Assembly: GCA_963835065.1 (NCBI GenBank)
Contig: CAWIEK010000024.1
Location: 32,001-96,000 of the forward strand
Reading direction: 5' to 3'
Origin: an uncultured Chthonomonadaceae bacterium
Lineage (GTDB): Bacteria > Armatimonadota > Chthonomonadetes > Chthonomonadales > Chthonomonadaceae
DNA length: 64,000 nucleotides
Shown: positions 47,901 to 58,738 of the stretch, in pieces
Layout: the number at the start of each line of letters is the position of its first letter
How positions within the stretch are numbered: position 1 is the stretch's first letter
Translations under genes and position numbers: made by a program
Notes under the pieces: model-generated
What the model was told of the DNA's origin: nothing
What the model saw: the letters and a program-made list of their open reading frames with translations, nothing else
The model's database searches: none

Positions 47901-48465
47901 TTATTCGCGTTTGCTCACGGCTATTCCTGAACTCACCTGAATTCCCCCTGCGCAGTCCGTATCCGCCTGCGTAATCGCAATGCCCATGCCTGCGTACATC
48001 AGGCGGCTGTAGCGGCTGTGCTTGCCGAAAAAGCGGCGGGTTTCATGGTCGGGATAGTCGCGCCACAGGCGGGGCGGAACAATCGTCACCTGACTCAGTT
48101 CCGGGTGTCCCTCGTGGCCGTAATACAGTTGCAGGATACGACGCTGATTGTCGGTTTGACGGCGCGTGAAGCCATACACGGTCGCGCTGTTGAACAAGAT
48201 GGCCGTTCCCGCCTTGCCGTGCAGATAGACTGAGCCGCCGCGCTGCAAGTGCGCGTCCTGTTCCAGAAATGGGACCGCTTGCGGGTTCGGGGCTGACGGT
48301 AAAGCAGTGCGTCGTTTCGTCCACATCGGTCAGGTACGCGATCACCTGCGGGTATTCCAGATGCAGGGGATGCTCCGGCTAGTAACAGGTGTCCCGATGC
48401 CAGCCTGTCGGCTTCGCATCCCCCGGTTCTGTGACCTGAACCGATAATTCCTCAAAGCACACCGG
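47901..48465 (-). pseudogene. Phytanoyl-CoA dioxygenase (PhyH) family remnant
   Basis: GWHRD motif followed by in-frame TAG, YLTDVD, frameshift near 48270, GKAGTAILFN; distal His apparently Tyr. Confidence 0.7.
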
Positions 48466-48666
48466 TTATCAAATTTTCATTAAGCCCGTTCCCTGTGTCT
48501 GACTGTCAAACCCCATCCGTCGTTCCCGGCAGATGAACCGTTTCAGTGGAACGGGTATACTAAACACACGTTGCCGAAAAGATAGAAGACAGAAGGCAGC
48601 AGGCAGAAGACAGAAACCTAATACCCAAACACCTGAACACCTGTATCTGAAAAGAGAACACCGGCA

Positions 48667-49524
48667 TTGAAAATCACCAAAGCTGTTATTACCGCTGCGG
48701 GGCGCAATCAGCGCGCCCTGCCCCTGCAAATGCTGATTGACCGCGACGGCGGGCAAAAATCCGTGCTTGCCATTCTGCTCAACGAGGCGTGGCAGGCGGG
48801 CATGGAAGAGTGCTGCGTTATCATTTGTCCCGGTGACGAAGCCGCGTATCGAGAGGCGGCGGGCGAACATGCGGCCCGGCTGCATTTCGTCGAACAGTCC
48901 GAAGCCCGCGGGTACGGCCATGCCGTGTATTGCGCTCGCGAATGGCTGGCCGGCCAGCCGTTTCTGCACATGATCGGCGACCACATCTTTGTCAGCGCTA
49001 AGGGCGATTGCTGCGCGCGGCAGATTGTCGCCGCCGCCGAGTCGCAGGACTGCGCCGTTTCGGGCGTACAGCCCACGCGGGAAACCCTTCTCCCCTTATT
49101 CGGCACGGTCGGCGGGCAGCGCGTAAGGGGAACGCAGAACTTATTCACCGTGGAACAGGTCATAGAAAAGCCCACACCCACGCAGGCCGAGCAAACGCTG
49201 TTCGTACCCGGCCTGCGCACAGGGCACTATCTGTGCTTCTTCGGCATCCACGTTCTGACGCCGCCCGTGATGACCCTGCTGGAAAAGCATATCGGGCAGG
49301 CGAACGGCGCAGGTTCCATTGCCCTGTCGCCCGTCCTCAACGAACTGGCGCAGCACGAGCGGTATCTCGCCCTGGACACGCATGGACGCCGCTACCCCTT
49401 AGACGCCCGGTACGGCCTGCTCACCGCCCAACTCGCCCTCGCCCTCAACGGACAGGACCGCGAAGAAGTTCTGGCGGGACTGTGCGAGTTGCTCGCGCAA
49501 CGGCAGGCCGGAATGACCGCGTAA
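48667..49524 (+). CDS. Sugar-phosphate nucleotidyltransferase (GalU-like)
   Basis: KAVITAAG, Q....GYGHAV, GDH, VIEKP. Confidence 0.85.
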   Translation: MKITKAVITAAGRNQRALPLQMLIDRDGGQKSVLAILLNEAWQAGMEECCVIICPGDEAAYREAAGEHAARLHFVEQSEARGYGHAVYCAREWLAGQPFLHMIGDHIFVSAKGDCCARQIVAAAESQDCAVSGVQPTRETLLPLFGTVGGQRVRGTQNLFTVEQVIEKPTPTQAEQTLFVPGLRTGHYLCFFGIHVLTPPVMTLLEKHIGQANGAGSIALSPVLNELAQHERYLALDTHGRRYPLDARYGLLTAQLALALNGQDREEVLAGLCELLAQRQAGMTA

Positions 49525-49562
49525 GAACACAAGGATTTGCAGATTAAGGAGTTTGTAGAGTT

Positions 49563-50672
49563 ATGAAAGTAGGCATTATTGGCTTGCCGCAAACGGGCAA
49601 GACCAGTTTGTATAACGCGCTCACGCGGTCACAGGTGGATTTGAACCGCTTCGGCGCGGCGGAAGTGAACGTCGGCGTGATTCCCGTTCCCGATCCCCGT
49701 TTCGATTACGCAGTGGCGCAGTGCGAGCCGAAGAAAATCACGCCCGCCGTGATTGAGTTTACGGAAGGCGGGGCGCGGGTGGAGCGGGACGAGAACCGGG
49801 GGCAGGGGGCGCGGGACAAGTTCGGCACGGACTTTTTCGCCAATGTGCGCAACATGGACGCGCTTGTCCTCGTGGTGCGCGCCTTTGAAGACAGCGCCGT
49901 TCCCGCGCCACAGGGCGGCGTCAACGCCCGCCGCGAAGCCGAGCAGATATTGGAAGAACTGCTGCTTGCCGACCTGGGCGTCGTGGAAAACCGGCTGGAA
50001 AAATTGGAAAAAGCGCGCCTGCAAAAACGGCAGACGCCCGGCGAAGCGGCGGAACATCAGGTTATGACCCGCATCAAGAACCATCTTGACAGCCTGGAAC
50101 CCATTCGCTCCCTCGAACTGTCGGAGGATGAAAAGCGCTCCCTGCGCGGCTATATGTTCGTGTCGGGCAAGCCGTTGATTCTGGTTGCCAATGTGGGTGA
50201 GGACGAAGTGGGGGAAGAACTGCCCGCTAAAGTCGCGCCCCTTGCCGCTTACGCGAAGGAGAATGGCATCCTGCTCGTCACGCTGTGCGCCAAAGTGGAA
50301 ATGGAAGTGGCGCAAATGGAGCCTGCCGAAGAGCGCGAGTTTCTGGAAGCGATGGGCATTGCCGAAGCCGCCCGTGACCGCCTGATTCGCGCCGCGTATG
50401 CCGCCCTGGGACTGACCAGTTTCTTCACGGTGGGCGAAGACGAGGTGCGGGCGTGGACGATCACGCGCGGCACGAACGCGGTGGGCGCGGCGGAGAAAAT
50501 CCACAGCGACCTGGCGCGCGGCTTCATCCGCGCCGAAGTGATGGCGTTCGAGGATTTCCAAAGCGTCGGCGGCTGCTGGGACGAAGCCAAAGCCGCCGGC
50601 AAAATGCGTTTAGAAGGCAAAGAATACCCTGTCAAAGACGGCGACATCATGCACGTCCGCTTTAAGGTGTAG
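49563..50672 (+). CDS. ychF: YchF-family ATPase
   Basis: GLPQTGKTS, FFTVG.DEVRAWT, IHSD..RGFIRAE, EGKEY.V.DGD. Confidence 0.9.
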   Translation: MKVGIIGLPQTGKTSLYNALTRSQVDLNRFGAAEVNVGVIPVPDPRFDYAVAQCEPKKITPAVIEFTEGGARVERDENRGQGARDKFGTDFFANVRNMDALVLVVRAFEDSAVPAPQGGVNARREAEQILEELLLADLGVVENRLEKLEKARLQKRQTPGEAAEHQVMTRIKNHLDSLEPIRSLELSEDEKRSLRGYMFVSGKPLILVANVGEDEVGEELPAKVAPLAAYAKENGILLVTLCAKVEMEVAQMEPAEEREFLEAMGIAEAARDRLIRAAYAALGLTSFFTVGEDEVRAWTITRGTNAVGAAEKIHSDLARGFIRAEVMAFEDFQSVGGCWDEAKAAGKMRLEGKEYPVKDGDIMHVRFKV

Positions 50673-50832
50673 AGGCTCTGCTCGTGCCATTCAAACTATC
50701 TTCATCAAGTGAGCCTGTTGAGCGTTAGTTGAGCGTTACTAGAACAGCGTCTGCTTGAACATTCAGCGCAGTATTAGCGCTCAAAAATCGAAACATGGTA
50801 TCATAATCCTATTCTCTTCAAGGAGGCTTGAC

Positions 50833-51087
50833 GTGCCTGCAAGTTCTGAATTAAGGTCGCTTACTCTTCGCATACCCCCGAATGTTTACGAAGCGTCTCG
50901 TCGCATTGCGCATAAGCGTGAAGTCAGTCTCAATGCCTTGATACAGGCAAGCCTGGAAGCGTTGATTCAAGCGGAAGAAGAACGGGCCAGTTATGATGCG
51001 TATACGCTTTTAGGGCAGGATGCGGCAGAGTGCAATGTCGAGTACGCCATTCATGCGCAGGCGGAGGTGATGCTGCGCGATGAGTGA
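50833..51087 (+). CDS. RHH-type antitoxin
   Basis: LTLRIP...A....VSLNALI; AGGAGG SD, GTG start; overlaps toxin start. Confidence 0.75.
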   Translation: MPASSELRSLTLRIPPNVYEASRRIAHKREVSLNALIQASLEALIQAEEERASYDAYTLLGQDAAECNVEYAIHAQAEVMLRDE

Positions 51088-51445
51088 TAATATAAGCATA
51101 GCGCGGCGCGGTCAACTTTACTGGCTGGATTGGAACCCGGCGCGCGGCTCGGAGCAGGCAGGACGGCGTCCCGCGCTCGTCGTACAGCAGAATACCGCCA
51201 GCGCCAACCCCAACTATCCGCTGACGATTGTGGCTGCCGTTACTACCAAAGGGCGCGACAATGTACCCTCCCATGTTGCCATTGCTCCGACACCGGGCAA
51301 CGGCCTTTCCGCGCCTTCTTATGTTAAGTGCGAACAGGTTCAGACCGTGAGCAAGGAGCGGTTAGACGCCTTTATCGGCGAACTTTCCGACACGGACATG
51401 GAGCGTGTTTCTGACGCGCTCAAACGTGTTTTCGCGTTGCTATAA
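51080..51445 (+). CDS. PemK/MazF-family toxin
   Basis: RG..YW.D.NP.RGSEQAG.RPALVVQ, S.VKCEQ..TVSK.RL. Confidence 0.93.
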   Translation: MSDNISIARRGQLYWLDWNPARGSEQAGRRPALVVQQNTASANPNYPLTIVAAVTTKGRDNVPSHVAIAPTPGNGLSAPSYVKCEQVQTVSKERLDAFIGELSDTDMERVSDALKRVFALL

Positions 51446-51510
51446 CTGGGCGCAGGGCAAACTCGATTACGCGGCGTCAATGACAATGCCGCACATCCGA
51501 TTATCAAGCC

Positions 51511-51548
51511 AAAAGGCGAAAGTACCTGAAATGGTATTTTCGCCTTTT
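51511..51548. terminator. Bidirectional intrinsic terminator
   Basis: AAAAGGCGAAAGTACC-TGAAAT-GGTATTTTCGCCTTTT between convergent genes. Confidence 0.7.
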
Positions 51549-51571
51549 ATCTTATGCCTAATGCCTAATGC

Positions 51572-53350
51572 CTAATGCCTCTCATTGGCGGGACGCGACG
51601 GATGCGGCGGGGCTTCGGGCTGGCCGGGAACCGTGCCGTGCAGGACGGGGCCGATGTTCTGCCACAAGCCCCCGATGAAGTTGCGCATCTGCCGGCGCTG
51701 CGGTTCGTCTGTACCCGGCGCTTCCTGGCACACGCGCACGAAGTACGAGGGTTGGCCGCCGTCGCCGAAGAACGTCTGCCAGATTAAGGCGTTGCGTATC
51801 TGGCGCGTGGATTGCAGCACCTTGCCCTGCACCACATAACAGAACATCATCTCGGTTTTTACCGGGCTGCCCGTCTGCTTGAAGTGCGATTCCTGCACCT
51901 GGATGGTTTCCCCAGGCGTGGCAATCGGGATCGTTCCCTGATCCAAAATCACGGCATCGCTGCCCAACGCGCAGTTGTGCGGGTCGTGGAACACCTTGCG
52001 CCCCGTGCCCGCCGTCATAAACAACTGGATACGCGAACCGTCGCTGCCCTCGTAATCGCGGTTCACCACGCGCAGGGGATTGAGCATTTCCAGCTGTGCT
52101 TCCGGCAGCGTGTCCGTTTCCTCCAGGGGGCTTTCCTTGTAAGTATAGGTGACGCCGTTATACGTGAACGTTTTCGGAACTTGAAAAGTGGCAATCGGCG
52201 CTTTCTGCGTGGGCACGGTGCTGCGCAGGGCGGCATAACTCACCAGTGACAGCAGCAGAACCACGTCCAGCACGACCACTTGCGGCAATGCGCGGCGCAA
52301 CTGCCCCGTTGTTGGACGCCAGCCCAGGATTTCCTGCCACCATTCCGGCGCGGGAACCACTTCCGCGCCCCCGGCTTCTCTGGCGGCTCTGGCGATCTCT
52401 CGATCCCGCTTTTCCACTTCATCCGTCAGGGGTACGCCCAAAAACCGCTCACACTTCAAAATACGCGCAAAGTTGAACAGGAACGTGAAGGCGAGAATCA
52501 GCACGATGAAGCCGCTGTAGTCGTGGAAAAACTGCGCCGAACTGGTGCTGAACAACTCGCCCACCACGCCGATAAGCGCGATGCGCAGGCCGTTGATGAG
52601 CAGGCTGAGGGGAGCCGTCGCCAGAAACAGCGTCCAGCGCTTCCAGACGGGGGCTTCCACCAGATAGGCGAACGCAGCGGAAAAGGTGAGCAGCGAGAGC
52701 AGGGTTTTGAAGCCGCTGCACGGCAGTTCCACCGCCATGCGGTAATGCTCCATGTGTATCTGCGTACCCTCCTGTGTGGAAGGCAGGCCGATATGCGTCA
52801 TCATCCAGGTGGCGATTTGCGCGGATTTCAATTGGATCGGAAACGCGATGCCGTTAATCAACTGGTCGGGAATAAGCGGCATCATCATGGTAACGAACAG
52901 GAGGGGGAACAGCAGCAGCCGCGTTTTGGGCGTTCCCAAGAACAGCAGGCTGCCGCCCACCAGCAGAAAGATGAACGACACCGACTGCACGGTTGGTATA
53001 TCCGAATGGAGGGCCAGCAGCAGCAATGCCAGTCCCGGCACGATCAAGGCCAGTCCCGTCCACGAGGGCTGCCAGCGCACATGGTGCAGGCGCTCCCGGC
53101 TGCGCCACAGCATGACGGCCACGAAAAACGGCACGAACGCGGCATGGGCGTAAAAGCTGCCGGGCGTTTTCCATTCGTAGTACCAGATCAAAAACGTGTT
53201 GGAGTACAACGCCAGGGCCAGCACAAGCGCCGCCACATACGGCAGGCTGTACACCAGGCGTTTTGAGTCGGAACCGGGCACGGGCATCGGGTTGCGATTA
53301 TGGGAATCTTGCGCGTCAGTTGACGCGCGGCTGTCAAGAGTATCCATCAA
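51572..53350 (-). CDS. Exosortase (EpsH) fused to EpsI-like domain
   Basis: Catalytic C (PCSG), R (NGLRI), H (FHDYSG); C-terminal HDP..C..G EpsI motif. Confidence 0.9.
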   Translation of the reverse strand: MMDTLDSRASTDAQDSHNRNPMPVPGSDSKRLVYSLPYVAALVLALALYSNTFLIWYYEWKTPGSFYAHAAFVPFFVAVMLWRSRERLHHVRWQPSWTGLALIVPGLALLLLALHSDIPTVQSVSFIFLLVGGSLLFLGTPKTRLLLFPLLFVTMMMPLIPDQLINGIAFPIQLKSAQIATWMMTHIGLPSTQEGTQIHMEHYRMAVELPCSGFKTLLSLLTFSAAFAYLVEAPVWKRWTLFLATAPLSLLINGLRIALIGVVGELFSTSSAQFFHDYSGFIVLILAFTFLFNFARILKCERFLGVPLTDEVEKRDREIARAAREAGGAEVVPAPEWWQEILGWRPTTGQLRRALPQVVVLDVVLLLSLVSYAALRSTVPTQKAPIATFQVPKTFTYNGVTYTYKESPLEETDTLPEAQLEMLNPLRVVNRDYEGSDGSRIQLFMTAGTGRKVFHDPHNCALGSDAVILDQGTIPIATPGETIQVQESHFKQTGSPVKTEMMFCYVVQGKVLQSTRQIRNALIWQTFFGDGGQPSYFVRVCQEAPGTDEPQRRQMRNFIGGLWQNIGPVLHGTVPGQPEAPPHPSRPANERH

Positions 53351-53376
53351 ATTTTGCTTTCAAAGCGCGAAGTGTC

Positions 53377-54303
53377 TTATTTTTTATCTTTGCCGAGGAA
53401 ATGCTCGATCATCGGCTTGTCGTTTTGGTCTTCACTCTTGAAGCCTTCCCCGCTGCCCCACAGTTTGTTCAGATACTCCGCCGAAGGCTTGGCGCGTTTG
53501 GCCGCGACCGTTTCACGCAGTTTTTCATGCGTTTTCTTGTCGTTCAAATCGGCTTTCTTGCCCGGCTGAATGTCCATCAGGCTAACCAGTAATTTCTGAG
53601 CGCCCGCCTGCGCAAAGACATCGGGGGGAAACTCCTGTACCTGTCCCGGCTTCATGTCGAAAATCTTCGCGTTCTGCTTGGTTCCGAAGGGCTGCACGAA
53701 CGTAAAGACGTTGTTGTCGCCGACAAACCGCACCGAACTGAGGAAGTTGCTTTGAATCAGGTTGATGCTGACGTTCTTTTCCATCAACTGCTTGATTTTA
53801 TCCAGGTCGTTGAGGTCGGTGACAAGGGCCAGGCGCGTATGCGCTTTGGCGGGCGTGTCGTATGCCTGCGGCTGCGCGTTGTACTCGTCCTTGATCTGGT
53901 CCTCGGATACGGGAATATCAATCGTGCGCAGGCGAACGTCTTCCATTTGCTGCCGGATACGCGCCTTGTATTCCGCTTCCATAAAGGGCTGCGCGGCGAC
54001 CTGCTGCGCGAACTGTAAATTAAGCTCGCGCATTTCGTTGAACGCCTCATCCACCTCTTTCGGATCGGGGGCGACCTTGCGCTTGTTGGCCTCATCTTCG
54101 AGCATATAGCGCTGAATCATGTTGAACTTCACGGCGGGGCCGCTGTTCTGGCTCAGGTAATCGTAAATATCCTGCTGCGTGACAGCATGGTTGTTGTAGG
54201 TCATGACCACGCGCCGGTTACGGAAGCGCTGGTACATGAAAGCATTGGCCGCCAGAGAAATCAGCAGCATTACAACGAGAATCAAACGAACCGCATTTCG
54301 CAT
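53377..54303 (-). CDS. SurA/PrsA-like exported chaperone (EpsD-like)
   Basis: N-terminal TM, helical SurA-type segments, VSEDQIKDEY...Y..P. Confidence 0.6.
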   Translation of the reverse strand: MRNAVRLILVVMLLISLAANAFMYQRFRNRRVVMTYNNHAVTQQDIYDYLSQNSGPAVKFNMIQRYMLEDEANKRKVAPDPKEVDEAFNEMRELNLQFAQQVAAQPFMEAEYKARIRQQMEDVRLRTIDIPVSEDQIKDEYNAQPQAYDTPAKAHTRLALVTDLNDLDKIKQLMEKNVSINLIQSNFLSSVRFVGDNNVFTFVQPFGTKQNAKIFDMKPGQVQEFPPDVFAQAGAQKLLVSLMDIQPGKKADLNDKKTHEKLRETVAAKRAKPSAEYLNKLWGSGEGFKSEDQNDKPMIEHFLGKDKK

Positions 54304-54459
54304 CAGGTAATACTCCCCTGCGCTCCGCGACGTCCCTGTCGAAAACCGGGTCGGAGACAGGCTGTTAGATAAAGGTTGGAGAAACAATGTTAGACTTACG
54401 CCGGAACGCGCAAATCAGGCCGCAAACGGCGTAAATGTCAGAGCGCATCCTACTATAAA

Positions 54460-55542
54460 TCATCCCGCGCGCTGCAAGCGTTGCGCGTGTAAATTCCGGG
54501 TAACGTCGGCAATTCGGGCTACCCAGTGTTCCAGGGACATAGACGTTTCAATATCGCGCCGCGCCTGTTCGCCCATGCGCCGCGCTTCTTCGGGATCATT
54601 CAGCAGGCGCGTAATCGCTTTGCGCCAGCCTTCCACGTCGCCAGGCATCACGTACAGGCCGTTTTCCCCGTGCCGAATGGCATCCTTTTGCCCCGTCGTG
54701 CTGGTGGTGACAATGGCTTTGCCCATCGCCATGCCTTCCAGGATGGTAGTAATGCCCGCCTGAAAATCGTTTTCGTACAGGGGCACAACCACAAACTGCG
54801 AATCCGCGTACAATCGCCGCAGTTCGTTATACTCATACCGCCGCGCGCTGACGTTGGGCGGCAGAGTTCGGTTTTCGGTTTCGTTGCGGTGCTTGCTCCA
54901 CGGACTCGCCGCCGCAAGCCGCACTTCCACGTCCATGCCTGCCACCGCTTCCAACAAAGTCGGATAATCCCGCCATTCCAGTCCCGCGCTGCAAACCATG
55001 CGCGGGGGCGCGTCCGGGGCGGGCGGCAGCGGGCGATAAAAACACTGGTCGGCATGAAACGGAATCAAATGCAGTTTCGATTCGGGAATGTTCAAATTCT
55101 GCCGCGCAAACTCGTACTGCGTGGCGGCATACACGAAAATCGCGTCCATCTGCGCCTGCAAGCCTTTCAGCAGCAGGCGTTTCTTGCCCGTTGAGACTTT
55201 ATGCCCGATAAGCACATGGCCGGGGCGTCGCTTGCCGTGCCGTTTCAGCAGCATCGCAAGCGGAATACCAACATTTTCCCCATTTGAATAAATAATATCA
55301 TATTTATCCCGCTGCGCGTAGCCCAAAGCGGCAAGCGCGGCATCTTTGCCCATCCGTTGCGCCAGCCGCGCCACCAAGGGGTTCGACGGGTTTTCCAGCG
55401 CGGCATAATCCAGCAAGTCCGCGTTCAAGGCTTCCTGCAGCGCGTAATAGTCCATCCGGGGATGGGCATCCGCCTGCGCAGCCTCAGCAATTCCCTGTTT
55501 GGCAACGCTCGGCACGAGCATCAATACACGAGGCAAGGACAA
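54460..55542 (-). CDS. GT4 glycosyltransferase
   Basis: RDYPTL, AGITTILEGMAMGK. Confidence 0.9.
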   Translation of the reverse strand: MSLPRVLMLVPSVAKQGIAEAAQADAHPRMDYYALQEALNADLLDYAALENPSNPLVARLAQRMGKDAALAALGYAQRDKYDIIYSNGENVGIPLAMLLKRHGKRRPGHVLIGHKVSTGKKRLLLKGLQAQMDAIFVYAATQYEFARQNLNIPESKLHLIPFHADQCFYRPLPPAPDAPPRMVCSAGLEWRDYPTLLEAVAGMDVEVRLAAASPWSKHRNETENRTLPPNVSARRYEYNELRRLYADSQFVVVPLYENDFQAGITTILEGMAMGKAIVTTSTTGQKDAIRHGENGLYVMPGDVEGWRKAITRLLNDPEEARRMGEQARRDIETSMSLEHWVARIADVTRNLHAQRLQRAG

Positions 55543-55557
55543 GATAGTTCACTCCAT

Positions 55558-55676
55558 AGGTTTCAGGTTTCAGGTTTCAGGGGATATACTTCTGTATTGT
55601 CCCTGATGCTCTCAAAGGCCAGCCAAACATTACGGGCATGTGTTTACTGAGACCTGAAACCTGAAACCTGAAACCT
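55558..55676. repeat. Inverted (AGGTTTC)n arrays
   Basis: Right arm encodes the last residues (RFQVSGFR) of the upstream GT. Confidence 0.88.
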
Positions 55677-56783
55677 TTCTGCTGCCACCCTCTTCGCCAG
55701 CGCCAGAATAGCCGTATAATTGCGGCAGGCGTCGAAGCGGGTTTCCGCCAGTTTGCGGGACGCGCGGGACATGGCGGCGCGTTTGGGTTCATCGGCCAGC
55801 AGGGCGCGTACGGCCTGTGCTACCGCGCCGGAATCGCCGGGGGGAACCATCAGGCCGTTGACCCCTGCTTCCACTTCCTCGCGCAATGCGCCCACATCCG
55901 TTGTAATCACGGGCAGTCCCGCCGCCATCGCTTCCATGACCGCAAGCGGCAGGCAATCGCCCTTTGTCGGGAACACGAATACATCGGCCTGCGCGTACAA
56001 GTTAAGAAGTTCGGGACTGTTGGCCGTCAAGCCCTGATGTACCCGGATGCCTTCTATTCCCGCCAGTTCGCGGGCGGCTCCGGCGTCTTTGGTAACAATG
56101 TCAAGAGCGCAGTCCGCTTGCAGGCCACCGCAAAACGCTTCCACGAGTTCCGGCCCGCCCTTGCGCGCGAAATCGCCGCCCACGAACAACAGCCGCAGGA
56201 GGCTCCCCGCTTTGCGCGTTCGCGCTTCCTGCCCGAAATTCCATTTCGCCATATCCACGCCCGGCGGAATCACAGTTACTTTATCCGCCGCAACGCCGTA
56301 TTGCTCCACTAAAGAGTCCTTTGCCCATTGGCACCAGGTTGTCAGCGCGGCGGCGGCATGGAACGTGCGGCGATTCCATTGATATTTACGGCGTTCCAGC
56401 CACGAATCGTTACCCTGTTGATGTCCATATTCGGCTCCAACCGTGTCATAGTTCAGGGGTGTGGCATCCAAAGAGAGGATTGTCGGCACGCGCCGCATCC
56501 ATTCCATAGCAAACAGGGAAGTTGTCTGGGTATGAAAAAACAGCGCGTCGAAGGATTGGCCTGTTCCGGCTGCGTTCAAAGCGTCACGGGCGCGCAGGCT
56601 TGCTTTCAGGGACCAGTTGCCGCGCACAACCGGCAGATGCTCCCAAATGTCGGCGGTATCCGAGACAATGGGCAGCCAGGTGGGAGCGATTTCGGCGTCT
56701 TGTTCCGCCCAATGCGCCAGGTTCTGATGGTGCGTCACATGCCCAAGCGCCTGCTCCATAATAAACGCGATTCGTGTTGCCAT
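55644..56783 (-). CDS. GT4 glycosyltransferase
   Basis: FVGGDFARKG, DCLPLAVMEAMAAGLP. Confidence 0.92.
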   Translation of the reverse strand: MATRIAFIMEQALGHVTHHQNLAHWAEQDAEIAPTWLPIVSDTADIWEHLPVVRGNWSLKASLRARDALNAAGTGQSFDALFFHTQTTSLFAMEWMRRVPTILSLDATPLNYDTVGAEYGHQQGNDSWLERRKYQWNRRTFHAAAALTTWCQWAKDSLVEQYGVAADKVTVIPPGVDMAKWNFGQEARTRKAGSLLRLLFVGGDFARKGGPELVEAFCGGLQADCALDIVTKDAGAARELAGIEGIRVHQGLTANSPELLNLYAQADVFVFPTKGDCLPLAVMEAMAAGLPVITTDVGALREEVEAGVNGLMVPPGDSGAVAQAVRALLADEPKRAAMSRASRKLAETRFDACRNYTAILALAKRVAAERFQVSGFRSQ

Positions 56784-57166
56784 TGCCTATCCTGAGAATG
56801 CCGGTATTCGGTGTTCGGTATTCGGTGTTCGGACAATCCAGCATGTTTATGCTCGAAGGTGAACGTAGTTCATACGGGCTGTTCTCGTTTTCGCCATACA
56901 GAGAAACCATTGCGCGAACCGGCGCGATACCCCTTCGCCGCCACCCACGCCTGCTATCGTTATGCCACAAATAGCCCGCGCATCCACGAAAAATCACAAA
57001 AATTGCTGAAAAACTCACCGGCACGGGAGAGCGATACGGAGAAAAAAAGGCGCATACGAAGGATCAGACACAAGATCGGTACTTGAACGCCCAATTACTG
57101 CACCTCTGACATCTCAATACTAATACCACTCAAATAGAGCCAACTTTTTGGTTGAGCGGCAATTAT

Positions 57167-57262
57167 GTAGGGGCGCAATTTATTGCGCCCGCTTGCCGGT
57201 AATTCAGCCGATCTCTGCTCCATTACCCTACATGATGCCGACGCAATAAATTGCGCTCCTAC
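57167..57262. repeat. GTAG-type REP doublet
   Basis: GTAGGGGCGCAATTTATTGCGCCC...GACGCAATAAATTGCGCTCCTAC. Confidence 0.8.
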
Positions 57263-57266
57263 GCCT

Positions 57267-58536
57267 TTATCCTCGCGGAGGGACGGCGGAGCAGGCTGCG
57301 TCGAAAGCCTCAACGCCTTGCTGCCTTTTCTGAAGCAGTTGAAGGTGAAATTGCTGCATCGTCTGCACGATGGATTCCCAACTGTAGTTTTGTTCCACCA
57401 GGGCGCGGCCTGCCGTACCCAGGCGCGCGGACAACTCGCGGTCTTCCATCAGGCGGACGACGGCTTGGGCAAAGGCTTGCGGGTCGTCTTCCATCAGCAG
57501 GTGTTCGCCGTCGCGCACTTCAATGCCTTCGCAGCCCAGCCGCGTGGACACCATCGGCTTGCCCATCGCCAGCCCTTCCAGCACTTTCAGGCGCGTACCG
57601 CTGCCCATGCGCAGGGGAACCACGAAAATGGAAGCGTTTTGAATGTACGGGCGCACGTCCGGCACTTCTCCCGTGACCTTCACATTCGGGCTGGCAAGCC
57701 GCAGGATTTCATCGGGTGGCCCCATGCCCACAATGGAAAAGACGGCTTCAGGACGCGCCTTGACGATGTGCGGCAGCACTTCATGGACAAAAAATAAAAC
57801 GGCGTCCGTGTTGGGCCGATAGCTGATAAGGCCGGTAAATACCAGGCTGTTCGGGTCAACGGGTTTGGGAGACGGCTGAAAATACTCGATGTCAACGCCG
57901 TTGGGCGCGACGTGCGTGGGCTTGGCGGGCATTTGCGCGTTTAGTATCTGCTGTTCGCGCTCCGACGTTAAAATGCAGGCGTCCGCTTTCTGCCAGCAGA
58001 TGCTGCTCTTCCCGCTTGAACTTGGCGTATTCCATCCAATTGTACAGGCGGCGCAGGGGCGAGCGCTCCGTCTGGTACATGCGGTACAGCAGTTCGTACT
58101 CCAGGTTGTGTTCATCCACGACCAGAACGGGTTTGGTTCCGAACGGGTAGGAGCCTAACTGACTGGATTCGATCTGCACGATGTCATAATTTTCGGTTTC
58201 CAGCAGGCGCGTCAGCAAGGCTTGCATGGCCGACGTGCGCAGGCTGCCGGTGGAAAAGGAGCGGGGCGACAACAGCGAAAACAACTGCGCAACCCGTTTG
58301 TCCGCCTGATGGTTGAGCGGCGCGGGAGCCGTATGAACGGCATGGCAGATTTTTTGCAGCGCGGCGATCTTGGCTTCTTCGCCGGGATGGGCGTAGCAAA
58401 GCAGTGACACCTGATGCGTTCGGGAAAGGTGCTTGAGGAACTGATAGACTCGAATCCCAAAACCCCAGTTCGGCGGGTAAGGAATGGAAGGCGTCACAAC
58501 TAAGATGCGCTGGCACATGGGGTTGTTCATTACCAA
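57267..58536 (-). pseudogene. Frameshifted GT4 glycosyltransferase of the exosortase-associated type
   Basis: N-half 57892-58536 and C-half 57267-58115 (PNGVD, GSGTRLKVLEGLAMG) join near 58000. Confidence 0.8.
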
Positions 58537-58629
58537 AAAACTTCACTGAGGGATATGTCCCGGAACGGTGAAAAGTGGATATATCATTCTAGCACAGATA
58601 GGGCGGTCGCGCCTACTGCCATGTAGGGA

Positions 58630-58738
58630 GGAAGATAAGAGATAAGAGATAAGAGTAAATGCCTCTGTTACTCAATGTTTTCTCTAAGCTGGAAAAGCCC
58701 GTCAGTTCCAAACTCTTATCTCTTATCTCTTATCTTCC
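58630..58738. repeat. Inverted (GATAAGA)n arrays, perfect 27-bp arms
   Basis: Direct reading. Confidence 0.92.
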
